Shown here in pieces: positions 1 to 8,340 of a stretch of DNA of 64,000 bases (positions are counted from its first letter, which is position 1; the number at the start of each line of letters is the position of its first letter). The notes below the pieces were generated by a model. The model did not search any database. It was not told the DNA's origin and saw only the letters and a list, made by a program, of their open reading frames with translations. The translations under genes and the position numbers were made by a program. The DNA comes from an uncultured bacterium. GTDB lineage: Bacteria > Actinomycetota > Coriobacteriia > Coriobacteriales > Eggerthellaceae. The stretch covers positions 3,830 to 67,829 of the forward strand of contig CALADF010000049.1 of the NCBI GenBank assembly GCA_937890835.1, given 5' to 3'.

Positions 1-705
1 ATAGCACACCGAATTGGACTGCGTGTACTTCAACGTGATGAGCGCAACCATCATGTCGATCTTGGCCGTCTCGGGAATGTCCTTGTTCTCGGTCACCACG
101 TTCTCGAGCAGCGCTTCGTTGATCTCGAAGTTGTTGTGGCCCTGCTCGAAGGTGATGCCGAACACGTCCTTGAGTTCGAGCTCGGCGGGCTCGTAGTCGG
201 GGTCGATCTTGACGACGTTGTACTTGCCCTTCTTCTTGGTCTTGAGGATCTCAAGCGCCTCGTCGGTGTAACCGGGTGCGATGATGCCGTCGGACACCTC
301 GAGCTTCAGATAGCGCGCCACGTCGGCGTCGCACACATCGGACAGCGCCACCCAGTCGCCGTACGAGCACAGACGGTCCGCGCCGCGCGCACGGATGTAG
401 GCGCAAGCGATGGGCGAGAGCTCTTCCTCCTGATCGACGAAGTAGATCTGACGGTCGACCTCGGACAAAGGATGTCCCACCGCAGCACCTGCGGGAGACA
501 CGTGCTTGAAAGAAGCCGCGGCAGGCAGACCCGTCGCGATCTTCAACTCGCGCACGAGCTGCCAAGAGTTGAACGCATCGAGGAAGTTAATGTAGCCCGG
601 CTTGCCGCACAGCACCTCGATGGGAAGGTCGGAGCCGTCCTTCATGAAGATGCGCGAGGGCTTCTGATTGGGGTTGCAGCCGTATTTCAGCTCAAGTTCG
701 TTCAT
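1..705 (-). CDS. purH: AICAR formyltransferase (transformylase-only PurH type). N-terminal part only; the gene runs off the left edge.
   Basis: Absent from the ORF track because there is no stop in the window. My reverse-strand translation from the ATG at 705 reads MNELELKYGCNPNQKPSRIFMKDGSDLPIEVLCGKPGYINFLDAFNSWQLVRELK...SFKHVSPAGAAVG..., which is the AICARFT core. An AGGAGA RBS lies just upstream. Confidence 0.8.
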   Translation of the reverse strand, partial: MNELELKYGCNPNQKPSRIFMKDGSDLPIEVLCGKPGYINFLDAFNSWQLVRELKIATGLPAAASFKHVSPAGAAVGHPLSEVDRQIYFVDQEEELSPIACAYIRARGADRLCSYGDWVALSDVCDADVARYLKLEVSDGIIAPGYTDEALEILKTKKKGKYNVVKIDPDYEPAELELKDVFGITFEQGHNNFEINEALLENVVTENKDIPETAKIDMMVALITLKYTQSNSVCY

Positions 706-860
706 GGATTTCTCCTGTTCAGAGTTTCAGCAAAGTAGTAGAAGTCGGCGCGGTCAAACGACGCGACCCACAAGATCGCTCGCGATCCGAGCAAACGTCT
801 GCGGTATCTCCGGCGCCGGCGGGGCGACCGAACCCGAATCGCCGGCGCAGGCGAAGCGAA

Positions 861-1496
861 CTAGTCGCCGAGGTTCTTGTTGTACAGCTTCACATCGCCG
901 CCGACGTTGGCGTACAGCGATACCTTGTTGTCGGCGTTGAGCGCAGCCCAAAGCTCATCGGGCTCGGGCAGGGAGACCTCAATGGGCTCGCCGGCGAAAG
1001 TCGGCAGCGGATTACCATCGCCCTGGTACGTGCTGATGAAATAGCCGGTTCCCGCATCAGCGCCTTCGTAAGCGAAGAACTCGCGCAGGCAGCGACCGCT
1101 TTCCTGATGCTTCAGGATGGACATCTCGAACGATCCGTCGGGGCGGACGATGGCGGAAATACGCGGAGTGAAGTTAGGAGCGTCGGGCTCGTACTCGCGC
1201 TTCATGCAGCCGGCGCGGAAATCGCCCGCCTCGACGATGGTGTCGGTCTGATCACCGTTGGTGACCACGAGATCGTCGCCGAGCATGCGAACGGGATGGT
1301 AGATGATCAGGCTCGGATCCTCGAGCTTCGCCGGATCGTGCGCTTCGGTGCGAATGCCGTCATCGGTCTTCACGAAGACGCGGTTGCGGCTGTTCTGGCT
1401 GCGGCCCATGATGAAGTAGTACACGCGATCGGCGCCCACCACGATGCCGCGTCCGGGATACGGGTTGTTCTCCAGCAGTTCGACGAGATTTTGCAT
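861..1496 (-). CDS. purO: IMP cyclohydrolase, PurO (archaeal-type) family
   Basis: Track ORF 861..1637, trimmed to the internal ATG at 1496 (MQNLVELLENNPYPGRGIVVG...). The NPYPGRGI motif and ~210-aa length fit the PurO-type IMP cyclohydrolase. It sits directly downstream of the transformylase gene. Confidence 0.72.
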   Translation of the reverse strand: MQNLVELLENNPYPGRGIVVGADRVYYFIMGRSQNSRNRVFVKTDDGIRTEAHDPAKLEDPSLIIYHPVRMLGDDLVVTNGDQTDTIVEAGDFRAGCMKREYEPDAPNFTPRISAIVRPDGSFEMSILKHQESGRCLREFFAYEGADAGTGYFISTYQGDGNPLPTFAGEPIEVSLPEPDELWAALNADNKVSLYANVGGDVKLYNKNLGD

Positions 1497-1784
1497 CAGC
1501 ACTCCTTGAAATCGGTTCCAACGCACGCCAAGAGAGAAGCCGACCCGCCGCCAAACGCAAAAGGGCAAGCCACTCACTTGCACGGCTTGCCCAGACGGTC
1601 GGCATTGTATGCGCACCGCTCCCCTGTGGTTACCCACGTCATCCCGTCAGTCACGGCGCGTTCTCTTCGCTCGAAGAATACCACGATCGCGCGTCCCCGA
1701 CCGATCCGATTCGGTCATCATCACAGCTTACCCGGGAGACGACGCCTGGCAAAGCCGTCGACGCGCGACCGCGAACGATCGCGG

Positions 1785-3080
1785 TTACTGCGCTGCGGGC
1801 TTAGGCGAGCCGCAATCAACGCAGAACTTGCCCGTGTTACGCGCCCCGCACCCGCACGTCCACACCTCGGCAACCACAGGCCTCGGCGATCCGCACTCGG
1901 AGCAGAACTTGCCCGCATTGCCGGCATGACCGCAGCGGCACGTCCATTCTCGCGCTGCAGGTTTGGGAGAGCCGCACGCCGTGCAGAACTTCCCCTCGTT
2001 GCCGGCCTGGCCGCACCCGCACGTCCACGTCGGCGCAGGCGCGCTCGCGCCGGCTTGCCCGCCGCTTTGCGCCTGCTGTCCCATCTGGTAGAGATCCTGC
2101 ACGCTCGCACCGCCCGCGCCCTGCGCCATGTTCATCCCCATGAACGCCATAGCCGCGCCACCCGTGTTCTCAGCGGCCGCTTGCATGGCGGCTCCCTGAG
2201 CCCCCACCATGTACGCGGCGGCGAGCGTCGGATCCTTGAACGCCGCGCTGCGCTGCATCTCCTTGATCATTCGCTCGTCCGCCTCGTCGGCCTTCACCGA
2301 GGAGACGCCCACCTGTTCGATCTCGATGCCGCGGTAGTCACGCCACTGCGCGGAGAGCTCCTCCTTCAAAACCTCCGCTAGCTCGCGCGCCTTTCCCGGC
2401 AGCTCGGAGTAGCGAACGCCCATCGCGGAAACCTTCGCGAACGCAGGTTGCAAGGCGGTGAGCAGCTCGCTTTTCAGCTGGCTGTCAAGCTCGGAACGGT
2501 TGTACTCGTCGGCGAAGTTCCCGCACACATTGGCGTAGAGCAGCAGCGGGTTCACCACCTTGTAGCTGTATTCGCCGAAGCACCTGATGGCGATGTCGAT
2601 GTCGATGCCGGCGCGCTCGTCCACCACGCGGAAGGGAACGGGCGAGGGCGTGCCGTACTTGTTCCCGACGATCTCCTTCACGTTGAAGTAGTACACGCGT
2701 TGGTCTTTCGGAGGCTCACCGCCGAAGACGAAGCGCTTCCCCATGCTTTCGAACACCTCGGCGATACCCGAGCCCAGATCGCCCTCGAAAAGGGAGGGCT
2801 CGGTGCCCATATCGTAGACGTACTCGCCCGGCTCGGCGCATACGTCGACCACCTTGCCCTGCTCGACGATGAGCATGCACTGCCCGTCGGCGATGGCGAT
2901 GACCGAGCCGTCGGTGATGACGTTATCGGTCCCCTTCGTGTTGCTCGACCGCCCGGACACGCGCTTGCGACCCTTCACGGCCAGCACGTCAACCGGCAAC
3001 GCCTCGCAGTAGAAGTATTCCTTCCATTGATCGGCCAGGGTGCCGCCCGTCGACCCGACCGCCGCCTTCACCAAACCCAT
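1785..3080 (-). CDS. ydjI: SPFH (stomatin/prohibitin/flotillin-like) domain protein, YdjI-like, with three C-terminal zinc ribbons
   Basis: 431-aa ORF with a GGAGG RBS. The N-terminal ~290 aa are typical of the COG4260/YdjI family. The C-terminus has three copies of W-T-C-x-C-G-x-x-N-x-G-K-F-C-x-x-C-G-S-P-[KR]-P. Confidence 0.8.
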   Translation of the reverse strand: MGLVKAAVGSTGGTLADQWKEYFYCEALPVDVLAVKGRKRVSGRSSNTKGTDNVITDGSVIAIADGQCMLIVEQGKVVDVCAEPGEYVYDMGTEPSLFEGDLGSGIAEVFESMGKRFVFGGEPPKDQRVYYFNVKEIVGNKYGTPSPVPFRVVDERAGIDIDIAIRCFGEYSYKVVNPLLLYANVCGNFADEYNRSELDSQLKSELLTALQPAFAKVSAMGVRYSELPGKARELAEVLKEELSAQWRDYRGIEIEQVGVSSVKADEADERMIKEMQRSAAFKDPTLAAAYMVGAQGAAMQAAAENTGGAAMAFMGMNMAQGAGGASVQDLYQMGQQAQSGGQAGASAPAPTWTCGCGQAGNEGKFCTACGSPKPAAREWTCRCGHAGNAGKFCSECGSPRPVVAEVWTCGCGARNTGKFCVDCGSPKPAAQ

Positions 3081-3173
3081 ATCTGCCTCCTACTCCTGCG
3101 GGCGAGCGCTCGAAAAGCCCGCCCGTCATCGACATCATCGAAACCGCCCGGCAGCACGCCCGACGGGCATTCG

Positions 3174-4037
3174 CTAGAACTTGCCGCTCGTTCCCGAGAA
3201 CCCGCCCGACGAGCTCGATACCGAGCCTCCGCCGCCACCGCCGCCGCTGCTCTTCTCGACAACCACCTCGCGCACCGTCGTCGTGTGCGTGAAGACATCG
3301 CGCCGATCGTCAAGCTGAAGCTGCCCGGAAACGTAGGCGGACGCATTTGACGCGGGTTCGACGGAGCGCATCCTGCGCATCAGAGCCGCCATCACGAGCG
3401 CGGTCAGCACGGCGGCGGCAACCAGCGAACCGCCGATTCCCATCGCTATCTCCAAAAGCAGATCCGTCGCATCCTCAGGCGGGTTATCGTCGGAGAAGGG
3501 GTGACCTGCATCAGCGGCCGCGACATAAACGCCACACCACTTGATGTAATCGCTGAAGCCCTTATACCATTCGTTGTCGGCGAAGTCATCCAGGAAGAAC
3601 CCCGTGAGCAACGCGCGGCCTTCACGGTTGAAGGCGTAGTTTCCCCGGTCCCCGTTGACCGCAACGCTGTAGTCGCGCTCTTTCATGGACAGCATCAGCA
3701 CGATGCCCGACCCATCGCTTCCGTCAAGCGAGAGCTCCTTGTACTTCGCGACCGCCGCGTCGAACACCGATACGGTCGAGATGGCCTTGTAGTCCTCCAC
3801 GGTGACGATGTTGACGCTGAACCCGCGAGTCTGCTCGACCTCGTCGGCCTGCGCTTCCAGCTGCGAGATCTCGTCAGCGGTGAGAATGCCCGCCCCGTCG
3901 TACACGTGGGCGGCAGCCGCGTGGGCCGGCATCGCGATGACGCACGCGCACGCGAGCGCGACCAGCGCAACGCATGCGGCGACGAGAACCGAAGGTCGCC
4001 GAGCCGACGCATGATCCCGCACAAGTTCGCCCCTCAT
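3174..4037 (-). CDS. ydjH: TPM-domain (TLP18.3/UPF0603, YgcG/YdjH-like) membrane protein
   Basis: Signal/TM segment, then VYDGAGILTADEISQLEAQ...IVTVED (TPM fold), a C-terminal TM segment and a Gly/Ser tail. The ATG at 4037 overlaps the upstream stop as ATGA. Confidence 0.75.
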   Translation of the reverse strand: MRGELVRDHASARRPSVLVAACVALVALACACVIAMPAHAAAAHVYDGAGILTADEISQLEAQADEVEQTRGFSVNIVTVEDYKAISTVSVFDAAVAKYKELSLDGSDGSGIVLMLSMKERDYSVAVNGDRGNYAFNREGRALLTGFFLDDFADNEWYKGFSDYIKWCGVYVAAADAGHPFSDDNPPEDATDLLLEIAMGIGGSLVAAAVLTALVMAALMRRMRSVEPASNASAYVSGQLQLDDRRDVFTHTTTVREVVVEKSSGGGGGGGSVSSSSGGFSGTSGKF

Positions 4038-5296
4038 CGCAAAACCTCCCCGAGCATCAGGATGGAACCATATACGTCGAACGCGAACAGCGCGATGAGC
4101 AGGCATATCACGAAGCTCACGAGGAAGATCAGCGTCTGCGCGCGCCGCTTCTTCCTCTTGTCAACCGGCAGGTCGCCCACCATCTTGCCGGTCTGCGCGT
4201 TCATGGCGAACAGGTAGGGGGCATCCTCCCACCTGGTCGAGAGCATCCACACCGGCAGCATCGCATAGTGCGACCGCTCGCGCACGACGCCGGTGCTCGA
4301 TCCGCGCTCGAGCACCATCTCGTAACCGACGACCGTATCGCGCAGGTTGTCGAGCACCGTCACCTCGGCGCGGGCGTCCGCACGCTCGCCGCACGCCTCC
4401 ACGTCGACATCGGGCTTGTCGGCGAGGTAACCCGGCAGATACGCAGGCGAAAACGGCACGAGGGCACGGTAATCGAACGGCTCGATGGAATCCATGTAGT
4501 CGTCGGGCATCTTCGTCGAGGCGTCGACGGGAATCCCGAGAAACGAGATGCTACCCGATCGGTAGACGTCGAAATGATCGGTCTCGGTGACGCGGTAGTT
4601 GCCGGAAAGATACGTGCGAGACCGCGTCGCCTCGAATGACGCCGAGCCCGACGCGCTTCCGTCAAACAGCCAGAACGGCACGTAGACGCCCTTGACTTCC
4701 TTGACGTGGTTGCCGTCGGTGAACGTGTCGGGGAGGAAGGGCCTGCCTTTGTAGTGCGACTTCAGCGCGGCGATCGCCTCCTCCTTCGTCTTCGCGAAGG
4801 GCAGGACGAAATCGGGCTTGAACTCACCGCTGTAGCGCGTCGGGATGACCGCGTGGTTGTCGCAGTACGGGCACGACGTGGCGACCGTCGTCTCGTCGCA
4901 GATCAGCTCGGCGCCGCACGATGGGCAGTTGTAGATCACCATGCTCGGAGCAGGTGCAGCGGCGGTCTGCTGCCGCACCTGCGCCACGCCCGCGCCTGCA
5001 GACGCGGCGGCTGCAGCGGAAGACGAGACGACCTCCTCGACGGTTCCTACCGAAACCCCGCCCGCCCCTTCGGTTGCGGAATCGGGCGCATCCGCGCCCT
5101 CGGACGATGCAGCGGACGCCTCGATGGCTTCGCCCGCCCGCTTCGCCTCCTCGGACTTCGCGGCATAGACGCCCTCCACTTCGGCAACGCTGAACGAGCT
5201 TCCGCAGAAATCGCACTCAAGCTGCCCTGACTCGGCATCGAAGCGCAGCGGAGCCGTGCAGGACGGGCATTGATAGTTGACGACGCCGGTAGACAT
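4034..5296 (-). CDS. ydjG: Double zinc-ribbon membrane-anchored protein, YdjG-like
   Basis: Trimmed to the ATG at 5296 (GGAGA RBS). Two CPSC...C.FCG / CPSCG...CPYC ribbons and a C-terminal TM helix. First gene of a three-gene operon with ATGA coupling to the next gene. Confidence 0.65.
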   Translation of the reverse strand: MSTGVVNYQCPSCTAPLRFDAESGQLECDFCGSSFSVAEVEGVYAAKSEEAKRAGEAIEASAASSEGADAPDSATEGAGGVSVGTVEEVVSSSAAAAASAGAGVAQVRQQTAAAPAPSMVIYNCPSCGAELICDETTVATSCPYCDNHAVIPTRYSGEFKPDFVLPFAKTKEEAIAALKSHYKGRPFLPDTFTDGNHVKEVKGVYVPFWLFDGSASGSASFEATRSRTYLSGNYRVTETDHFDVYRSGSISFLGIPVDASTKMPDDYMDSIEPFDYRALVPFSPAYLPGYLADKPDVDVEACGERADARAEVTVLDNLRDTVVGYEMVLERGSSTGVVRERSHYAMLPVWMLSTRWEDAPYLFAMNAQTGKMVGDLPVDKRKKRRAQTLIFLVSFVICLLIALFAFDVYGSILMLGEVLR

Positions 5297-5402
5297 AGGG
5301 GGGTCTCCGTTCGCTTGACGAATCGTTCGATGAACCCGCCCATTATAAGCGAACGGGAAGCGCACGGGGGCGCGGCCGAGCGAGCGCACCCCCCATGTCG
5401 TT

Positions 5403-6392
5403 TTAACGACCCAGGCTCTTCTCGTGCCGCTCACGCGCCTCGGCGCTGTAGCGGCGCTTGTAGCGCACGTCGATGAGCTCCGCGACGATGGCGATGGCCA
5501 GCTCGGCGGGCGTCTTCGCCCCGAACTTCAAGCCGATCGGACGTTTGATGCGCTCCCAGTCCTGCTCGGTGGCGCCGCGCGCCAGAACCAGGTCGTGAAC
5601 GCGGTCGTTCTTGCCCGCGCACCCCATCATGCCGATGTAAGCGGCATCGTGCTTGACGCCCCACACGCAACCCTCGGGGTCGAACATGTGACCGCGCGTG
5701 AGCACGCAGACGAAATCTTCAGGCGACGCCGCGTAATCGTCGAGGGCGTCGAAATTACCGCCCGGGAGCAAAATGCGATGCGCATGGGGAAAACGCTCCT
5801 CGTTCACGTACGCGGCGTCGTAGTCGACCACCGTCACCGCGAACCCCACATGATCGGCGAGCGCCGAGAGCTCGCTGGCAGCGTCCGATGCGCCGAGCAG
5901 CCACACGCGCACGCGGTCGAACAAAGCGACGCTCGCCCAGGTGAGCCCCTCGAACTGCTCGTTGTGCATCGAGGGTCCGCGCGTGACGTCCTTCATCTGG
6001 AACATGTCGCGCGGTGACACCTCGCGCGAGGCGACGATCTCCTTCGTATCGTTGCAGAAGAACGCGAGCGGCTCGCCGTCGGCCGAGCCCACCTCGCCGT
6101 ACTTCTTCGTGACCTCGTTGTCCGTGTTCGCCACCGCCGCATCGGCATCGTAGACGATCTTGAAGCCGATCCACGCGAGGTCGCCCTCCTCCACGGCGCG
6201 CGCGGCGCGTTCGAACACAACCGCGTCCTCGGCGGTCAGGCTGCCCGCGATGACATCCAGATACGACGGGTCGACGTGCCCCTTTCCCGTAAGCGCTTCC
6301 TCGGAGAAGCAGGGGAAATCTGCGACGGCGAGCTCGGGCCTGACGCCCGCTCGCAGGTCGGCGGCAATTCTGTCGAGTGTTTCCTTCTCCAT
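5403..6392 (-). CDS. XdhC/CoxI-family protein (Rossmann-like C-terminal domain); putative molybdoenzyme maturation factor
   Basis: The C-terminal half (VWLLGASDAASELSALADHVGFAVTVVDYD...VLTRGHMFD...YIGMMG...IGLKFGAKTPAELAIAIVAELI) matches the XdhC_C pattern. Start ATG at 6392 with a GGAGGAAG RBS. Confidence 0.65.
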   Translation of the reverse strand: MEKETLDRIAADLRAGVRPELAVADFPCFSEEALTGKGHVDPSYLDVIAGSLTAEDAVVFERAARAVEEGDLAWIGFKIVYDADAAVANTDNEVTKKYGEVGSADGEPLAFFCNDTKEIVASREVSPRDMFQMKDVTRGPSMHNEQFEGLTWASVALFDRVRVWLLGASDAASELSALADHVGFAVTVVDYDAAYVNEERFPHAHRILLPGGNFDALDDYAASPEDFVCVLTRGHMFDPEGCVWGVKHDAAYIGMMGCAGKNDRVHDLVLARGATEQDWERIKRPIGLKFGAKTPAELAIAIVAELIDVRYKRRYSAEARERHEKSLGR

Positions 6393-6483
6393 AGTGCTTC
6401 CTCCATAAATATTCGTAATTGTGGATAGAATACGGAACGAAAAAGGGCAGGTGGACTTGACCTTCACCTGCCCTTTCGCCCGA

Positions 6484-7098
6484 TCAAGCTATGCAAACGT
6501 GGCGGTTCTCATCAAGACTCATGCGCCCCTCGGCGATCACGCGCAGCACCTCAGGATAAAGAACGTGCTCGACGGCGTGAATGGCCTCCTCGAGGTCTTC
6601 GACGCTCCAGCCCTCCTGCACGCTCACCGCGCGCTGCGCCACGATAGGACCTTTGTCGTAGTCCTCGTTAGCCAGGTGAACGGTGACTCCCGTCACCTTC
6701 ACGCCCGCGTCGAACGCATCCTGGATGGCGTGCGCTCCCTTGAACGAGGGCAGCAGCGCCGGATGGAGGTTGAGGACGCGATCGGGGAACGCGTCGAGCA
6801 CCACCGGCGTGACCTTGCGCATATAGCCGGCCATCACCAAATACTCGGCGCCGGCAGCGCGCATCTCCTCGACGATGCGCGCGTCCGCGGCCGCAGGATC
6901 AGCGTACACGTCACGGTTGAGGGCCGTCACGCCGATACGCGCGGCTCGCGCACGTTCGATGCCGTACGCATCGGGGCGCGACGAGATAACGTGGACGATC
7001 TCGACGGGAAGCGCATCGTCGGCGATGGCGTCGATGATCGCCTGCAGGTTCGTGCCGCTACCCGACAGCAGCACCCCGATCTTAAGCTCCGAAGCCAT
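6484..7098 (-). CDS. purN: Phosphoribosylglycinamide formyltransferase
   Basis: KIGVLLSGSGTNLQAII...NLHPALLPSFKG...GVTVHLANEDYDKGPI are classic PurN motifs. The start at 7098 has an AAGGGGAG RBS and overlaps the purM end by 17 nt. Confidence 0.9.
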   Translation of the reverse strand: MASELKIGVLLSGSGTNLQAIIDAIADDALPVEIVHVISSRPDAYGIERARAARIGVTALNRDVYADPAAADARIVEEMRAAGAEYLVMAGYMRKVTPVVLDAFPDRVLNLHPALLPSFKGAHAIQDAFDAGVKVTGVTVHLANEDYDKGPIVAQRAVSVQEGWSVEDLEEAIHAVEHVLYPEVLRVIAEGRMSLDENRHVCIA

Positions 7099-8161
7099 AC
7101 AGCTCCCCTTCGTTCTCGTAAGCGACCTCGCCCGTCCCTTCGACGATGCGGCCGACGCGGTAGGTCTTCTCCCCCGCTGCGGCGAGGGCCTCCTCGACGG
7201 CGCAAACACGCTCGGGGTCGACGATGAGGATCATGCCGGTACCCATGTTGAAGGTCTTGAGCGCCTCCTCCTCGGAAAGGTTCGCCGCATCGCAGACGAA
7301 CGAGATGACGGGCGGCACGGGCCAGGTTCCCAACTCGACCACGGCGTCGCAGCTTGCGGGCAGCGCGCGGTTGAGGTTCTCGGAAATGCCGCCGCCCGTT
7401 ATGTGCGCGAGCGCGCGAACGGCGCCGGGCTCGGCGGCGAGCACGGCGTTGACGGGCTTGACGTAGATGCGCGTCGGCTCGAGAAGCGCCTCGAGCACGC
7501 TCGCGCCGCCGAGCTCATCGCGACCGGCGCGCAGCTCATCGGCGTCCTTGCCCTCGACGCACACCTTGCGGGCGAGCGAGTAGCCGTTCGAGTGCAAGCC
7601 GCTCGACGCCAGCGCGACGAGCACGTCACCGGGGCGGACGCTCTCGGGATCGAGCATGGCCGGGCGGTCGACCAAACCGACGCAGAAACCGGACAGATCG
7701 TAGTCGTCCGGATCCATGACACCCGGGTGCTCGGCCATCTCGCCGCCGATGAGCGCGCAGCCCGCCTGCTTGCAGCCCTCGCCGATGCCGGTGACGATCT
7801 TCGCCACCTCCTCGGCTTTCAGCTTGCCGATGGCGACGTAGTCGAGGAAGAACAGCGGCTCGGCGCCGGTCGCGAGGATGTCGTTGGCGCACATGGCCAC
7901 CAGGTCGATGCCCACCGTGTCGTGCTTGCCGAGCATCTGGGCGACCTTGAGCTTGGTGCCCACGCCGTCGGTGCCGCTCACGAGCAGCGGATCGGCCATG
8001 TCCTTCGCCGCCGCGATGGAGAACAGGCCGCCGAAACCGCCGATGTCGCCGACGACCTCGGGGCGGTACGTCTCGTGCACGACGCTCTTGATGGCGTCAA
8101 CCGCGCGGGCGCCCTCCGCCGTGTCAACGCCGGCCTGGGCATACGTCACTTGGTTTTCCAT
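7082..8161 (-). CDS. purM: Phosphoribosylformylglycinamidine cyclo-ligase (AIR synthetase)
   Basis: MENQVTYAQAGVDTAEG...GTDGVGTKLK...HITGGG. AAAGGAAG RBS before the ATG at 8161. Confidence 0.92.
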   Translation of the reverse strand: MENQVTYAQAGVDTAEGARAVDAIKSVVHETYRPEVVGDIGGFGGLFSIAAAKDMADPLLVSGTDGVGTKLKVAQMLGKHDTVGIDLVAMCANDILATGAEPLFFLDYVAIGKLKAEEVAKIVTGIGEGCKQAGCALIGGEMAEHPGVMDPDDYDLSGFCVGLVDRPAMLDPESVRPGDVLVALASSGLHSNGYSLARKVCVEGKDADELRAGRDELGGASVLEALLEPTRIYVKPVNAVLAAEPGAVRALAHITGGGISENLNRALPASCDAVVELGTWPVPPVISFVCDAANLSEEEALKTFNMGTGMILIVDPERVCAVEEALAAAGEKTYRVGRIVEGTGEVAYENEGELYGFGA

Positions 8162-8340
8162 TGTCTTCCTTTCGAGCAACCCGTTTGAGTTTGAAACTGA
8201 CGAGAATTATAGACCACTCGGGCGACTTGCCATAGCCGCCCGCACCTTCGCGACGAGGTCCGCACCGCCGCGCTCGCAAGAGCCGCCCGCACGTTCGAGG
8301 CGGGATCCTCCCCGCCAACCCGTGCGAACCGCCGAGGCCG

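Noticed and set aside
5403-6467. N-terminal extensions of many track ORFs. Examples are 5403..6467, 4034..5434, 3174..4106, 861..1637, 6484..7209, 8341..9906, 35771..36976, 56353..57327, 59767..61068, 61330..62286, 37382.., 47308.. and 50463..
   Set aside because: The extended parts lack RBSs, are Arg/Gly-rich, and overlap upstream genes or terminators. Internal ATGs with good Shine-Dalgarno sequences give N-termini that match the protein families, so coordinates were trimmed.
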